A stretch of DNA of 64,000 nt from an uncultured Bdellovibrionales bacterium (GTDB lineage Bacteria > Patescibacteriota > Minisyncoccia > Moranbacterales > UBA1568): positions 9,581-73,580 of the forward strand of contig CAZOFS010000002.1 of assembly GCA_964579335.1 (NCBI GenBank), in the 5' to 3' direction. Below the pieces are notes generated by a model that was not told the DNA's origin, did no database searches, and saw only the letters and a program-made list of their open reading frames with translations. Numbering within the stretch: position 1 is the first letter of the stretch; each line of letters starts with the position of its first letter. The translations under genes were made by a program, and so were the position numbers. This document shows, one piece after another, positions 56,025 through 64,000 of the stretch.

Positions 56025-56813
56025 TCAGTATTGATATTCATCGACTGGTACGCGCCAGGTGACAAATTCCCCTCCGGTATCACCGAGCCAGTCACTGAGC
56101 CACACTTGGCAATTGTTGGACGTCATGCAACCCTCCGACCAGCCATTGTAATTTGAGTCAGTCCCACGCCAGTAGTCCATCCCGAGCTGGAGCCTCGCGT
56201 CGCCACTCACCCGCACCTCAGCTTCGATCAGGTAGCTTTTCCCCACCACTGCCTCCACCCGAGGAGTCGTCCAGCCATGGATAATGCCTTTGGGTATAAA
56301 GCGCGCATTGAGTGCATATATTCCGTCACCAAGGGCTGCTACAATCGGCTGTACTGCTGGTCCCCCGCCCGTAAACCAAGGGCTCCGATAATACGTGAGG
56401 TAATCAAAACCCACCCTCTCACTCCAGCGGGCATCGTCAAAGGTAACCGTTTGTTTCACACTTGTTTCCCCAGTTGAGAGATCACGCTCGAGGATTTTGA
56501 ATGATCGGAATTCCACCGTCGCCTCGGCCCCACGGTCACACGGTCTCACGGTCGCGATATTCCACATTCCGACGAGGTGGGTAAAGCCGAGATCCGTCAC
56601 GCGAGTAACAGGACTATACTCAGGTGCGATCGTTTGCTCGGCAAAAAAAGCTGAATCACTTCCGTCGCGCTCTATCGGGCTCGCTGCGGCATCAGGTTCG
56701 CTACCCACTGGACAACTCACATAGAGCGTATCGCTATCAACCATAGACACACTTCCCACGAACATGAGTCCAAGGAAGATGAGAATAATTCTTGACCACA
56801 CAAGACGGAACAT
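56025..56813 (-). CDS. hypothetical secreted or anchored protein (262 aa)
   Basis: N-terminal hydrophobic signal 'IILIFLGLMFVGSVS'. Trp/Gly/Asp-rich mature part. No family recognised. Confidence 0.5.
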   Translation of the reverse strand: MFRLVWSRIILIFLGLMFVGSVSMVDSDTLYVSCPVGSEPDAAASPIERDGSDSAFFAEQTIAPEYSPVTRVTDLGFTHLVGMWNIATVRPCDRGAEATVEFRSFKILERDLSTGETSVKQTVTFDDARWSERVGFDYLTYYRSPWFTGGGPAVQPIVAALGDGIYALNARFIPKGIIHGWTTPRVEAVVGKSYLIEAEVRVSGDARLQLGMDYWRGTDSNYNGWSEGCMTSNNCQVWLSDWLGDTGGEFVTWRVPVDEYQY

Positions 56814-57029
56814 ACCGTATCGAGAATAAAGATTTATCGCTCGGGAGCAAGCTCCCGTTCCTGTCTCGCTTCACTCACCATTTTCGACAGCCAGCTGCCG
56901 AGTTTTTTCTCTTTGATGTCGACACTTCGTTCGGTGAAAAATATCTTATGCACGTTTTTCACACTCTCTCCGTTTGACAATAAAACATGTTTCAAAACAC
57001 CACTCTTGGCATGGTACCAATGAAAGTCA

Positions 57030-57088
57030 TAAAAGAAAAAGGGGCTTGGGTCATAGCGCACGCTGTACGCACGCTTCCCCCAAGCCCT
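57030..57088 (-). terminator. probable terminator (long-loop hairpin) downstream of the lipoprotein gene
   Basis: GGGCTTGGG ... CCCAAGCCC 9-bp stem around a ~28-nt loop, followed on the minus strand by TTTTTCTTTT. Confidence 0.35.
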
Positions 57089-57111
57089 CAAAGCACCACC
57101 CCGTTCTTGGA

Positions 57112-57579
57112 TCAGCAGCCAGTGACCTGAATGTCACGGACATACAGGACGCCGCTGACGCCCTGAAGCCCGATACGCACATGGCCTGAGCGCATATCGG
57201 CTGGAATGTTCCAGGTCCGATTGATCGGTTGCCACTCGTACGATGGCTCGGCGCGCCAGTCCGGCGGATACACCGGAGCACCACCCGTCGCGAAGACCTC
57301 GTAGTCGAAGTGGATGCCGTGGTACGTCCTGACTCCGGCAGTGATGCCTTCGGTGCGGTACCAGGCCTGAAGCTCGATCGTTCGGCCGGCGCAATGCGCT
57401 GGGATCCGATAGAGCAGCGGCCGGTAGAAGTTGTCATCGCCGTAGCGACCGGTCAGTGCGTACACGTAACCAGGAGCAATGCTCCGTGGCATCGGACCGA
57501 TGGATGGCCCAGCACAGGCAGTGAGCGATGCGACCAAAGCCAAGAAAGCCATGGCGCGAACAAAGATCTGTTGAAACAT
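57112..57579 (-). CDS. hypothetical lipoprotein (GC-rich island)
   Basis: Signal peptide with lipobox 'LVASLTAC'. GGAGG RBS 6 nt upstream of the ATG at 57579. Confidence 0.55.
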   Translation of the reverse strand: MFQQIFVRAMAFLALVASLTACAGPSIGPMPRSIAPGYVYALTGRYGDDNFYRPLLYRIPAHCAGRTIELQAWYRTEGITAGVRTYHGIHFDYEVFATGGAPVYPPDWRAEPSYEWQPINRTWNIPADMRSGHVRIGLQGVSGVLYVRDIQVTGC

Positions 57580-57679
57580 GGTTGGCCTCCGGCCGAAAAG
57601 GTTGGTCAAAGGGGACATCCCAGTGACTCAGCATTATAAATAAAAAAGAAAAACCCGTCAAGGGTCAATAGATGGTCTA

Positions 57680-57718
57680 AAAATGATGAGGCCCCGCGAA
57701 TGCTTGCACATTGCGGGG
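57680..57718 (-). terminator. rho-independent terminator downstream of the 57754-58398 gene
   Basis: CCCCGCGAATG-cttgca-CATTGCGGGG hairpin followed on the minus strand by CTCATCATTTTT. Confidence 0.5.
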
Positions 57719-57753
57719 ACTCGTTTGGTCGGTTGCTACCGACCATTGGCCGG

Positions 57754-58398
57754 TTACTGGAACTGGCCGGCGAAGAACTTCTTGGCCGCGTCACTGGCCG
57801 GAACCACCGCCGTCACGGCGTTGTTGGCGCCGCGAGCGACTTCGAGCAGCGTGATGGTCTGGCCCTTCATGTTCTTGCCACGGCTCTGGCCGAAGGGATG
57901 GGATCCCCAGGCACGGGTGCCGTCCTTGAACTCGATCACGGGGATGACGCCGAGCAAGTTGTAACCGCCGTCGTCCAGCTTCACCGAGTAGGTGCCGTTG
58001 GCGCCGTCGATCGCACTGCAGACCACGCGCGGGTCATCGAGCTTGAGGCTCTTGAGGTCCGCTGTGCCCGGCCAATCGGCGCCGCGCTTCAGGATGCACT
58101 GCTTGGCACCGGCGAAAGCCGACGGATTGGCCTGGTAGACCAGGACGTAGTCCATCCTGCCCTTCTGGTCTTCGGACGGCAGTCCCTTGGCACCGTAGTT
58201 GGCGCCGGGATTGGCCTTCCAGACCGCAGCGATGGCCGTGATCTCGATGTCGACGGAAGTGGCCGTGACGTTCTTGATGTTGAGGCCGGTCTTGTCGCCA
58301 CCCTCGCCGTTGACCTTGAAGGTCTGGGCGAAGGCGTTGCCACCGATTGCCAGGGGCAAGGCCACCATCGCGGCCCACAGGTTCTTCAGGTACTTCAT
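57754..58398 (-). CDS. hypothetical secreted protein (GC-rich island)
   Basis: Signal peptide 'MKYLKNLWAAMVALPLAIGGNAFA'. AAGGAG RBS before the ATG at 58398. Confidence 0.55.
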   Translation of the reverse strand: MKYLKNLWAAMVALPLAIGGNAFAQTFKVNGEGGDKTGLNIKNVTATSVDIEITAIAAVWKANPGANYGAKGLPSEDQKGRMDYVLVYQANPSAFAGAKQCILKRGADWPGTADLKSLKLDDPRVVCSAIDGANGTYSVKLDDGGYNLLGVIPVIEFKDGTRAWGSHPFGQSRGKNMKGQTITLLEVARGANNAVTAVVPASDAAKKFFAGQFQ

Positions 58399-58593
58399 TG
58401 CGCACTCCTTCTTGGTTGGCGCGTTGAGAAAATGTGCCAAAAGGGATCAGTCTTTGGGAGACTGGGTTCCCTATGACACGATTGGGAACCGTGCCGCAAA
58501 GCCTCCATTGCTGGATTCATTGCGACAGCCAAGTATACAGCCTTTACACATTTCTGTCAAGTAGTAAATAATGGCTTGATAGAGCCATCGTTG

Positions 58594-58692
58594 AGGGGTT
58601 AGAAGAAAGAAGTAAGGAGTAAGTGATTGAGAGAAAAAGAGAAGAAATTAGAATAAATAAGAAAGAAATTTGAAGTAAGAAAGAAAATAATG
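58594..58692. repeat. purine-rich (AG) low-complexity tract of about 100 bp
   Basis: 'gaggggttagaagaaagaagtaaggagtaagtgattgagagaaaaagagaagaaattagaataaataagaaagaaatttgaagtaagaaagaaaataa' is almost pyrimidine-free on the plus strand. Confidence 0.6.
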
Positions 58693-58699
58693 GTAGATC

Positions 58700-58743
58700 T
58701 TGTTTTAAAAAATTGAAGGGCAGGTACCTTGCGGTGCCTGCCC
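58700..58743 (-). terminator. hairpin GGGCAGG-12nt-CCTGCCC with T/A-rich run (possible terminator of the LysM gene)
   Basis: Stem at 58718-58743. On the minus strand it is followed by TTCAATTTTTTAAAAC. Confidence 0.45.
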
Positions 58744-58925
58744 TTACATTTGAACGATGTTGCGTTCGGTCACTGAGCTTTTTTCGCCAACGGCTGATAT
58801 GTTACACCTCGTAGATTGCTCTACAGAAGCGCATCGCATACCCTTTTTATCACGCACGAGATTGCTCTCATACGCAGTGTCCATCAAGAGACACCCGCTA
58901 GAAGACTGAAAAGCTTGTTTCCTAC

Positions 58926-60758
58926 TTACTTCAAGTTCTTGGGGAGACGGATCATGCCGTTCTGGTCCATGGATCCGCCGGCCCTTTCGAGGTCGGAGAT
59001 GAACTGGTGCTTCCGATATTCTCGGCGAGCAACGCGGCCACCTTGGAAGGGGTCGCAATTCCAGCCCCATGCACCAACGGTCTTGCCGCCATGCATGAGA
59101 TCCTTGTCGAGACCAGGGCCGATACCACAGATATGGTTCTTGTCGGCAATGCCGCCAAGGATGTTGGCCGAGGCGCTGATCGGATGTTGCCAGAAGAGCC
59201 CGCCTTCGACGAAGAAGGCGATCGGGGAATCCTCTGGCTGCCACACGTACCAGCGTGCACCCGCCTGCAGCCCCACCTTGAGGCGCGGCATATTGCTTGC
59301 ATCAACTGACTGATTGAAGATCGTCCGGGTGAAGCTCGACGACGTCGGGATGGTGATCCCGGCGTAGTACTGACGCTTGACATCGAACGTTTCACCAGCC
59401 AAGAGCCGGCGTGAGTCGTTGTAAACCCACGTCGCCCCCACCAGGTTGTACCTGGCTTGCTGAGCAAGGGCAGCTTGGCGATATTCCTCGCGCTGCTTTC
59501 CAACACCAACTCCAACACCCCAGTCAGTACCGTCGTCGTTGATCTCGCGATACGACAATTGAGCCAAGTGGTTCCGGCCGTCGTACCGCCCAGCACCCCG
59601 ATGAGTTGTCCCATCGAAAGCTGCGTAGTTCAACTTGAAACCGATACCCCAAGAGCCCGTCTCGTCTTCCTTGCGCTGTTGGCAGTCCAGCACGAGGGTC
59701 AGAACGTCCGAGCTTGCCTTGTCGCCGTTCTGGCGTGGCACATGGTGTTGACCCAGTGCGCCAGCCACATCGACGAAGTCGCACATACCCCGGGGGGCTG
59801 CCGCGACTGGAGGATTCGGCGCGAGTTGCGGAGCGGGTGGTTCCGGTGTCAGCACAGGAGCCGGCACTTCGATTGTGGGAGGATTCACCACCGTTTCCGG
59901 CGGTGTTTCCATCACGAGCGGTGGTTCGGGACGCGGGGTCATCAGCACGGGGCCGATGTTACCGCAAGAGGTGGGGTCAGCAACGAGTTTCCCCGTCGAG
60001 AGCTTCCACACTTCCAGAACTTCCGGTCGCCCACCTTGTTCGGGTGTGCAGACCTTGGCGTTCTTCACGAACTTCACTTGCCCGTCCTTGGACCGGAACG
60101 GCATGGCCTCGAAGACCATGTCACTCGTGACGAGCATGCGCTCGCCACGACCAGCCAGGACCAGTGCCTTGGCTTCGGCCTTCTCCGCATCGCTGAGGAC
60201 GGGAGAGAGGTCGATGCCCTGGAGCCGCAGCTTCATGTCGCCGTAGCGGTTGAACGGAGCCGTGCCCAGCTTGAGGCAGGATTCCTCCTGCACCGGCTTG
60301 GCCGCGCGCATCGGCCGCTTCGTCACCTTGGCCTTTGCAGACTTGAGCGACTCGGCAACCTCCGACTTGACAACCCTGACTTCCCGCGGCGTGACGCCTT
60401 CGGGAAGCTTCAGAACTTGCTTCGGCTCGATCTGGTTGCAGTTCCGCAAGTGGTTGAACTTGCAAACTGCGCCAGCATGCTTGCCAAAGACCTTGGTCAG
60501 TGTGTCGCCACGTTTGACCTCGTAGGTCTCAACTTCTTCGTCATCCGACTTTGCAGCCAGAGCCAGGGCTACCGTTGCCGCAGGCCGTGAAGCCGTTGGC
60601 TGCGGAGCACTGGCCGCTTGAGCTTGGGCCGCCGCACTCGCTGCCGAAGCAGTATTGGCGAAGCCGGTTGCGCGGGATATCCCGACTCCCAAGCCGGGAG
60701 CCAAGATCAGGGCCGAGAGCACGAAGCTCCAGAACCCCATTGAAGAATCACTTTTCAT
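58926..60758 (-). CDS. secreted LysM-domain protein with Pro-rich linker and large C-terminal domain (GC-rich island)
   Basis: Signal peptide 'FWSFVLSALILAPGLGVG'. LysM 'YEVKRGDTLTKVFGKH...QVLKLP'. 'PEPPLVMETPPETVVNPPTIEVPAPVLTPEPPAPQLAPNPP' linker. C-terminal ~300 aa of unknown fold. GGAGG RBS. Confidence 0.6.
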   Translation of the reverse strand: MKSDSSMGFWSFVLSALILAPGLGVGISRATGFANTASAASAAAQAQAASAPQPTASRPAATVALALAAKSDDEEVETYEVKRGDTLTKVFGKHAGAVCKFNHLRNCNQIEPKQVLKLPEGVTPREVRVVKSEVAESLKSAKAKVTKRPMRAAKPVQEESCLKLGTAPFNRYGDMKLRLQGIDLSPVLSDAEKAEAKALVLAGRGERMLVTSDMVFEAMPFRSKDGQVKFVKNAKVCTPEQGGRPEVLEVWKLSTGKLVADPTSCGNIGPVLMTPRPEPPLVMETPPETVVNPPTIEVPAPVLTPEPPAPQLAPNPPVAAAPRGMCDFVDVAGALGQHHVPRQNGDKASSDVLTLVLDCQQRKEDETGSWGIGFKLNYAAFDGTTHRGAGRYDGRNHLAQLSYREINDDGTDWGVGVGVGKQREEYRQAALAQQARYNLVGATWVYNDSRRLLAGETFDVKRQYYAGITIPTSSSFTRTIFNQSVDASNMPRLKVGLQAGARWYVWQPEDSPIAFFVEGGLFWQHPISASANILGGIADKNHICGIGPGLDKDLMHGGKTVGAWGWNCDPFQGGRVARREYRKHQFISDLERAGGSMDQNGMIRLPKNLK

Positions 60759-60893
60759 CTTTGGCCTCCTTCAGCCATGAAATCGTTGATTGATCTCAAG
60801 AACAAAGGTGGGCCACACGGAGCAGCCCACGCTTCATCCCTGTAACGGGTTGAAACAATTGAGCTGCTCATGATGAGCGGTCTCCTTTCTGCC

Positions 60894-61736
60894 TTATTTC
60901 AGGCAGTCTTCGACGGCGAGGGCTCGTCCGGCTTGAAGGACATAGAGCGCTGCCACCAGCGGAAGAGCTGCAGCTGTTGCCGGCCCGAGCTTGAGACTCG
61001 TGCATGACAACAACCTGTCAGCGACACCCTCGACCGAGGTGAACTCGGCTAGGACATCGACGACATCATTCTTCCCCAGATATGCTTCGTCCCGCCCCCG
61101 CAGCCAGAACGGCTTTGGGAAGGCACGGGCGATGGTTTCAAGGACACGCCTCGCGTACTCGTCCCGCTTGGGCTCGAGTCGGATCACCTGCGTGATCCGC
61201 GACGCTGGTACGGTACCGAGTTGATCAGGAGTAAACCCCCGTTCAAACTCAACCCGCACTCCCAGAGTCGTCATCCCCCACTTCCCGTCCGAAGACAGGA
61301 TGAGGAGGGATTGGCCCAGGAGTTGATCAGCTTCCGCGAGTGGTGCGAACACCATCAGCCCGCGGATACCCCGATCGTCACCATCGACAACGGCGTCGTA
61401 GGTCTGGGTTGCCCCATTCCCGACGACCACCGCCCGGAAGACTTCACGGACGAGTGGCCGGCGAACCTTGCGGCCCGCCTCACTCGTCTCGTACACCCGC
61501 GCCGTATCCACCAGCTCCTGTTTCCAGTAACTGGGGAGCGGCTGCGGGAGGCGCACGTAGATGAGTGCCACGCCCTCTGGCGAGAACGGGGCACGATTGA
61601 TCGTGCGGTTCTGATAGGGATCCTGGCGGCCCATCGGCTTGACCGCCTGCACTTCGAAGCCGCTATCTTGCGGGAGCGAAGCACAGCCAGTGAGCACCAT
61701 GAGTGCCAGGGAGAGAATCCAGGTAGTCAGTCTCAT
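60894..61736 (-). CDS. hypothetical lipoprotein (GC-rich island)
   Basis: 'MRLTTWILSLALMVLTGCAS' lipobox. GGAGG RBS. Confidence 0.55.
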   Translation of the reverse strand: MRLTTWILSLALMVLTGCASLPQDSGFEVQAVKPMGRQDPYQNRTINRAPFSPEGVALIYVRLPQPLPSYWKQELVDTARVYETSEAGRKVRRPLVREVFRAVVVGNGATQTYDAVVDGDDRGIRGLMVFAPLAEADQLLGQSLLILSSDGKWGMTTLGVRVEFERGFTPDQLGTVPASRITQVIRLEPKRDEYARRVLETIARAFPKPFWLRGRDEAYLGKNDVVDVLAEFTSVEGVADRLLSCTSLKLGPATAAALPLVAALYVLQAGRALAVEDCLK

Positions 61737-61883
61737 GTGAGACCTCCATGGTCAATTGAAGATTAAGTAGGATTTGGAAAGTACTTTGTCGGATCTTTCC
61801 TCTCGAGAATGTCTGAGTGTGCACTCGGGTCTTCTCGAGAAGAGGAGAGATAATCCTCTCCACACTTCTCTCACTCCTTTTCC

Positions 61884-62531
61884 TTAGTAACCGCGGAGCG
61901 CAGCTCGGGTGACGATACGGAGGGTCATGAGCGAGACACCAGCGAGAAAGCCAGTCACCACGATCAAGACAAGCTCCTTTGGATTGGGATTCCGTTCCGT
62001 GATTGGACCAGAGAGGATACGCATTTCAATCGCTTTTTCATCTCCCCCGCGGAACTCGGCATTACGGGTCATGAGGACTTCGGTGATACCTTGCATCACT
62101 TTGCTCGCTTCACGGTCGGTATCGGCTTTGACCACGACTGAGAGCATACCAAGATCAGCCATACTGCGGACTGTAACCATCTCACGCCACGCCTCGAGCC
62201 GTTCACGTTTGTCGGTTGGCAAAAATTCTTTGCTCACTTTGCCACTTTCGATCACGGCATTGATAAAGCGCTCGCTCTGCATCGACTCGGCAAGAATTTT
62301 CCCCAAGTACTCAGATGACTTGAAGAGCGTGTAGAAATCTTGTGACGTCGTGTTAACCTGAGCCACCATGAAGTCGGTCGTCACCTTGAAACGAGGTGAG
62401 ACGAGAGTCACAGCAAAGAATGAGAGAGCCGCCACAAAGATACCAGCGAGGATGAGACTCCCCTTCTTCTCAGATACGAGACGCAGATACTGGATGGATT
62501 GCATAATTTGCCCATTAAGACTAACGGGCAA
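61884..62531 (-). CDS. Wzz/chain-length-determinant-like small membrane protein
   Basis: TM near the N-terminus and again at the C-terminus, bracketing a ~150-aa soluble domain (PCP topology). Alternative start ATG at 62504. Confidence 0.4.
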   Translation of the reverse strand: MPVSLNGQIMQSIQYLRLVSEKKGSLILAGIFVAALSFFAVTLVSPRFKVTTDFMVAQVNTTSQDFYTLFKSSEYLGKILAESMQSERFINAVIESGKVSKEFLPTDKRERLEAWREMVTVRSMADLGMLSVVVKADTDREASKVMQGITEVLMTRNAEFRGGDEKAIEMRILSGPITERNPNPKELVLIVVTGFLAGVSLMTLRIVTRAALRGY

Positions 62532-62636
62532 TAATAGCAGTATTCTATAAAAAAGTCAACCCCCTACCAACTGGATTGATAGAGGGCGAGGCTTCGGAAC
62601 TAATAAGGCAGTTTTAGGCTTTAAATAAGCCTCATT

Positions 62637-63779
62637 TTAGCCAAAGAATTTATCCCAGATATTGAAACGCAAGATATCGTAAAATGTGACCCAAACCATA
62701 AGGAGGAGGAGGAGCATAAAGCCAATCTGATGCACATACCCCTCGACTTTTTGGGACACTGGCGAACCCTTGAGCTTTTCGATAAGGATAAAGAGGATGC
62801 GTCCTCCGTCGAGGGCTGGGATCGGGAGGGCATTGATAATCCCGAGATTGATCGAGAGAATAGCGGCGAAGTAGAGGAGATAGGCCAAGCCGAGCTCGCT
62901 CATTTGCTTGGTAAGGTAGACGATACCGACTGGCCCAGCGATATCCACACTCGTCTTGGCGCCAGTAAAGAGGCTCGCAAGCATAGTCCCGAGGACAGTA
63001 AAGATTTCTGCGGTTTTGAGGTAGGTCTGCTCGAGTCCTTTCCACAACGCTTCGAAGAATCCATACTCAACAATGGCTGTCTCTGAGAAACTAATCCCGA
63101 GCGCACCCTCCCCAGCTGGAGCATCGGTACGCGGGGTTCCCTTGAGAACGAGCATCTCTCCCCCACGGTCAATCGTCACGGCGATTTCCTTCCCTTTGTG
63201 AGCCGCAATATAGTCAGTCACCACCGAGAGGTTTTTGACTGGGGTAGTATCAAGTTTCTTGAGGACATCACCAGCGAGGAGGCCGATTGACTCAGCTGGT
63301 GTCCCGGGCTGCACCTGGAGAATCTGGACCTGGGTATGCTCGTACTGCGCGCGATCTTCTGGATTGATCTGCTCAGGAAAGCCGAGCATGAGAACGACCG
63401 AGAAAAGTACCCATGCCAACAGGAAATTCATCACGACACCAGCGACCAGAATCTTGAAGCGTACCCAAGCGCTTTTCCCAGCGAAACTATCGGGCTCAAG
63501 AGGTGCGTCACGATCCTCGCCCTTGATCCGGACAAAGCCCCCGAGTGGGATCCAATTGAGCGAATACACCGTATGTGGACTCTCGACATCTTCATTCCCC
63601 TTCACGAGACGGAACTTCTTGGTGAAGTCATCGAAGACAACACCGAACACACGCGGAGGAAATCCAAAGCCAAACTCCTCAGCTTTGACACCATTGCGGC
63701 GCGCTGTAAGGAAATGCCCTAGCTCATGCACAAAAATGAGGACACCGAGGACAATGACAAAAATAAGGATGGTGAGCAT
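62637..63779 (-). CDS. rseP: Site-2 zinc metalloprotease RseP (peptidase M50) with PDZ domain
   Basis: 'VHELGHFLTARRNG' HExxH in TM1, PDZ region 'GTPAESIGLLAGDVLKKLD', 'LNLLPIPALDGG' LDG motif. Confidence 0.9.
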   Translation of the reverse strand: MLTILIFVIVLGVLIFVHELGHFLTARRNGVKAEEFGFGFPPRVFGVVFDDFTKKFRLVKGNEDVESPHTVYSLNWIPLGGFVRIKGEDRDAPLEPDSFAGKSAWVRFKILVAGVVMNFLLAWVLFSVVLMLGFPEQINPEDRAQYEHTQVQILQVQPGTPAESIGLLAGDVLKKLDTTPVKNLSVVTDYIAAHKGKEIAVTIDRGGEMLVLKGTPRTDAPAGEGALGISFSETAIVEYGFFEALWKGLEQTYLKTAEIFTVLGTMLASLFTGAKTSVDIAGPVGIVYLTKQMSELGLAYLLYFAAILSINLGIINALPIPALDGGRILFILIEKLKGSPVSQKVEGYVHQIGFMLLLLLMVWVTFYDILRFNIWDKFFG

Positions 63780-64000
63780 AGTAACAATTTCAAATTTTAA
63801 ATTCTAAATTTCAAAATAAGTATTAAAACTCCAGGCTACTCCCGACTTTTTGACTCAATCTTACCGAAGATCAGTAAAAGTTCATGTGCTTCTGACCAGT
63901 GTTTTCTTGCTACTAATTTTGACGTCTCATGGGTCTCAGCTATCATTCTCAACCAGTATTTTGACTCATTCGCCTCTTTCTTGCAAAGAGTAATCTTATT

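Noticed and set aside
56834-57091. 85-aa minus-strand ORF in the intergenic region
   Set aside because: It overlaps the hairpin terminator of the upstream lipoprotein gene and has poor composition. Likely non-coding.
1-64000. CRISPR arrays, IS elements, integrases, phage structural genes, restriction-modification or toxin-antitoxin pairs
   Set aside because: No regularly spaced direct-repeat array was seen, nor any protein with transposase or integrase motifs, Cas or HEPN signatures, or methyltransferase-endonuclease pairing. The GC-rich islands therefore cannot be called mobile elements on present evidence.

Overview
The window is a compact, gene-dense bacterial chromosomal segment at roughly 48-50% GC. 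Most genes lie on the minus strand in long co-directional arrays, many with 4-bp ATGA start/stop overlaps. The content (housekeeping genes, small intergenic gaps, many single-TM microproteins, DUF4012 and DUF2207 proteins, an ADP-forming acetyl-CoA synthetase, a short AlaRS lacking the C-Ala domain, PilB, several GT4 enzymes) fits a reduced-genome Patescibacteria/CPR-like organism, but that assignment is inference only.

Recognisable genes: recR (3' part), rplU, alaS, ftsA, a PfkB kinase, eno, pgk, mraY, an S11 D-Ala-D-Ala carboxypeptidase, scpB, scpA, an MFS transporter, rpmA, pyrG, rplI, queA, ddl, pyrE, pyrF, an RluA-family pseudouridine synthase, pilB, two Nudix hydrolases, tRNA-Cys(GCA), an L,D-transpeptidase, an HD-domain nucleotidase, secA, hpf, murB, murC, murG, ftsW, trmD, a surface-glycan locus (PCP/Wzz-like, two GT4, a methyltransferase, an O-antigen-ligase-like protein), an ADP-forming acetyl-CoA synthetase and rseP.

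Most worth a second look:
1. ftsA is followed not by ftsZ but by a 662-aa bitopic membrane protein and two overlapping microproteins, all running into alaS.
2. Two GC-rich (about 62-68%) compositional islands. One carries pyrE-pyrF-rluA plus a hypothetical gene with an operator-like AT-rich control region. The other carries four signal-peptide/lipobox proteins, including a 610-aa LysM protein.
3. A 15-bp perfect inverted repeat that overlaps the RBS of the O-antigen-ligase-like gene.
4. pilB divergently paired with a 771-aa GT-C-like membrane protein.
5. Split rplU/rpmA genes.

No CRISPR array, transposase, integrase or phage structural gene was recognised. All calls are by-eye motif recognition; no searches were run.
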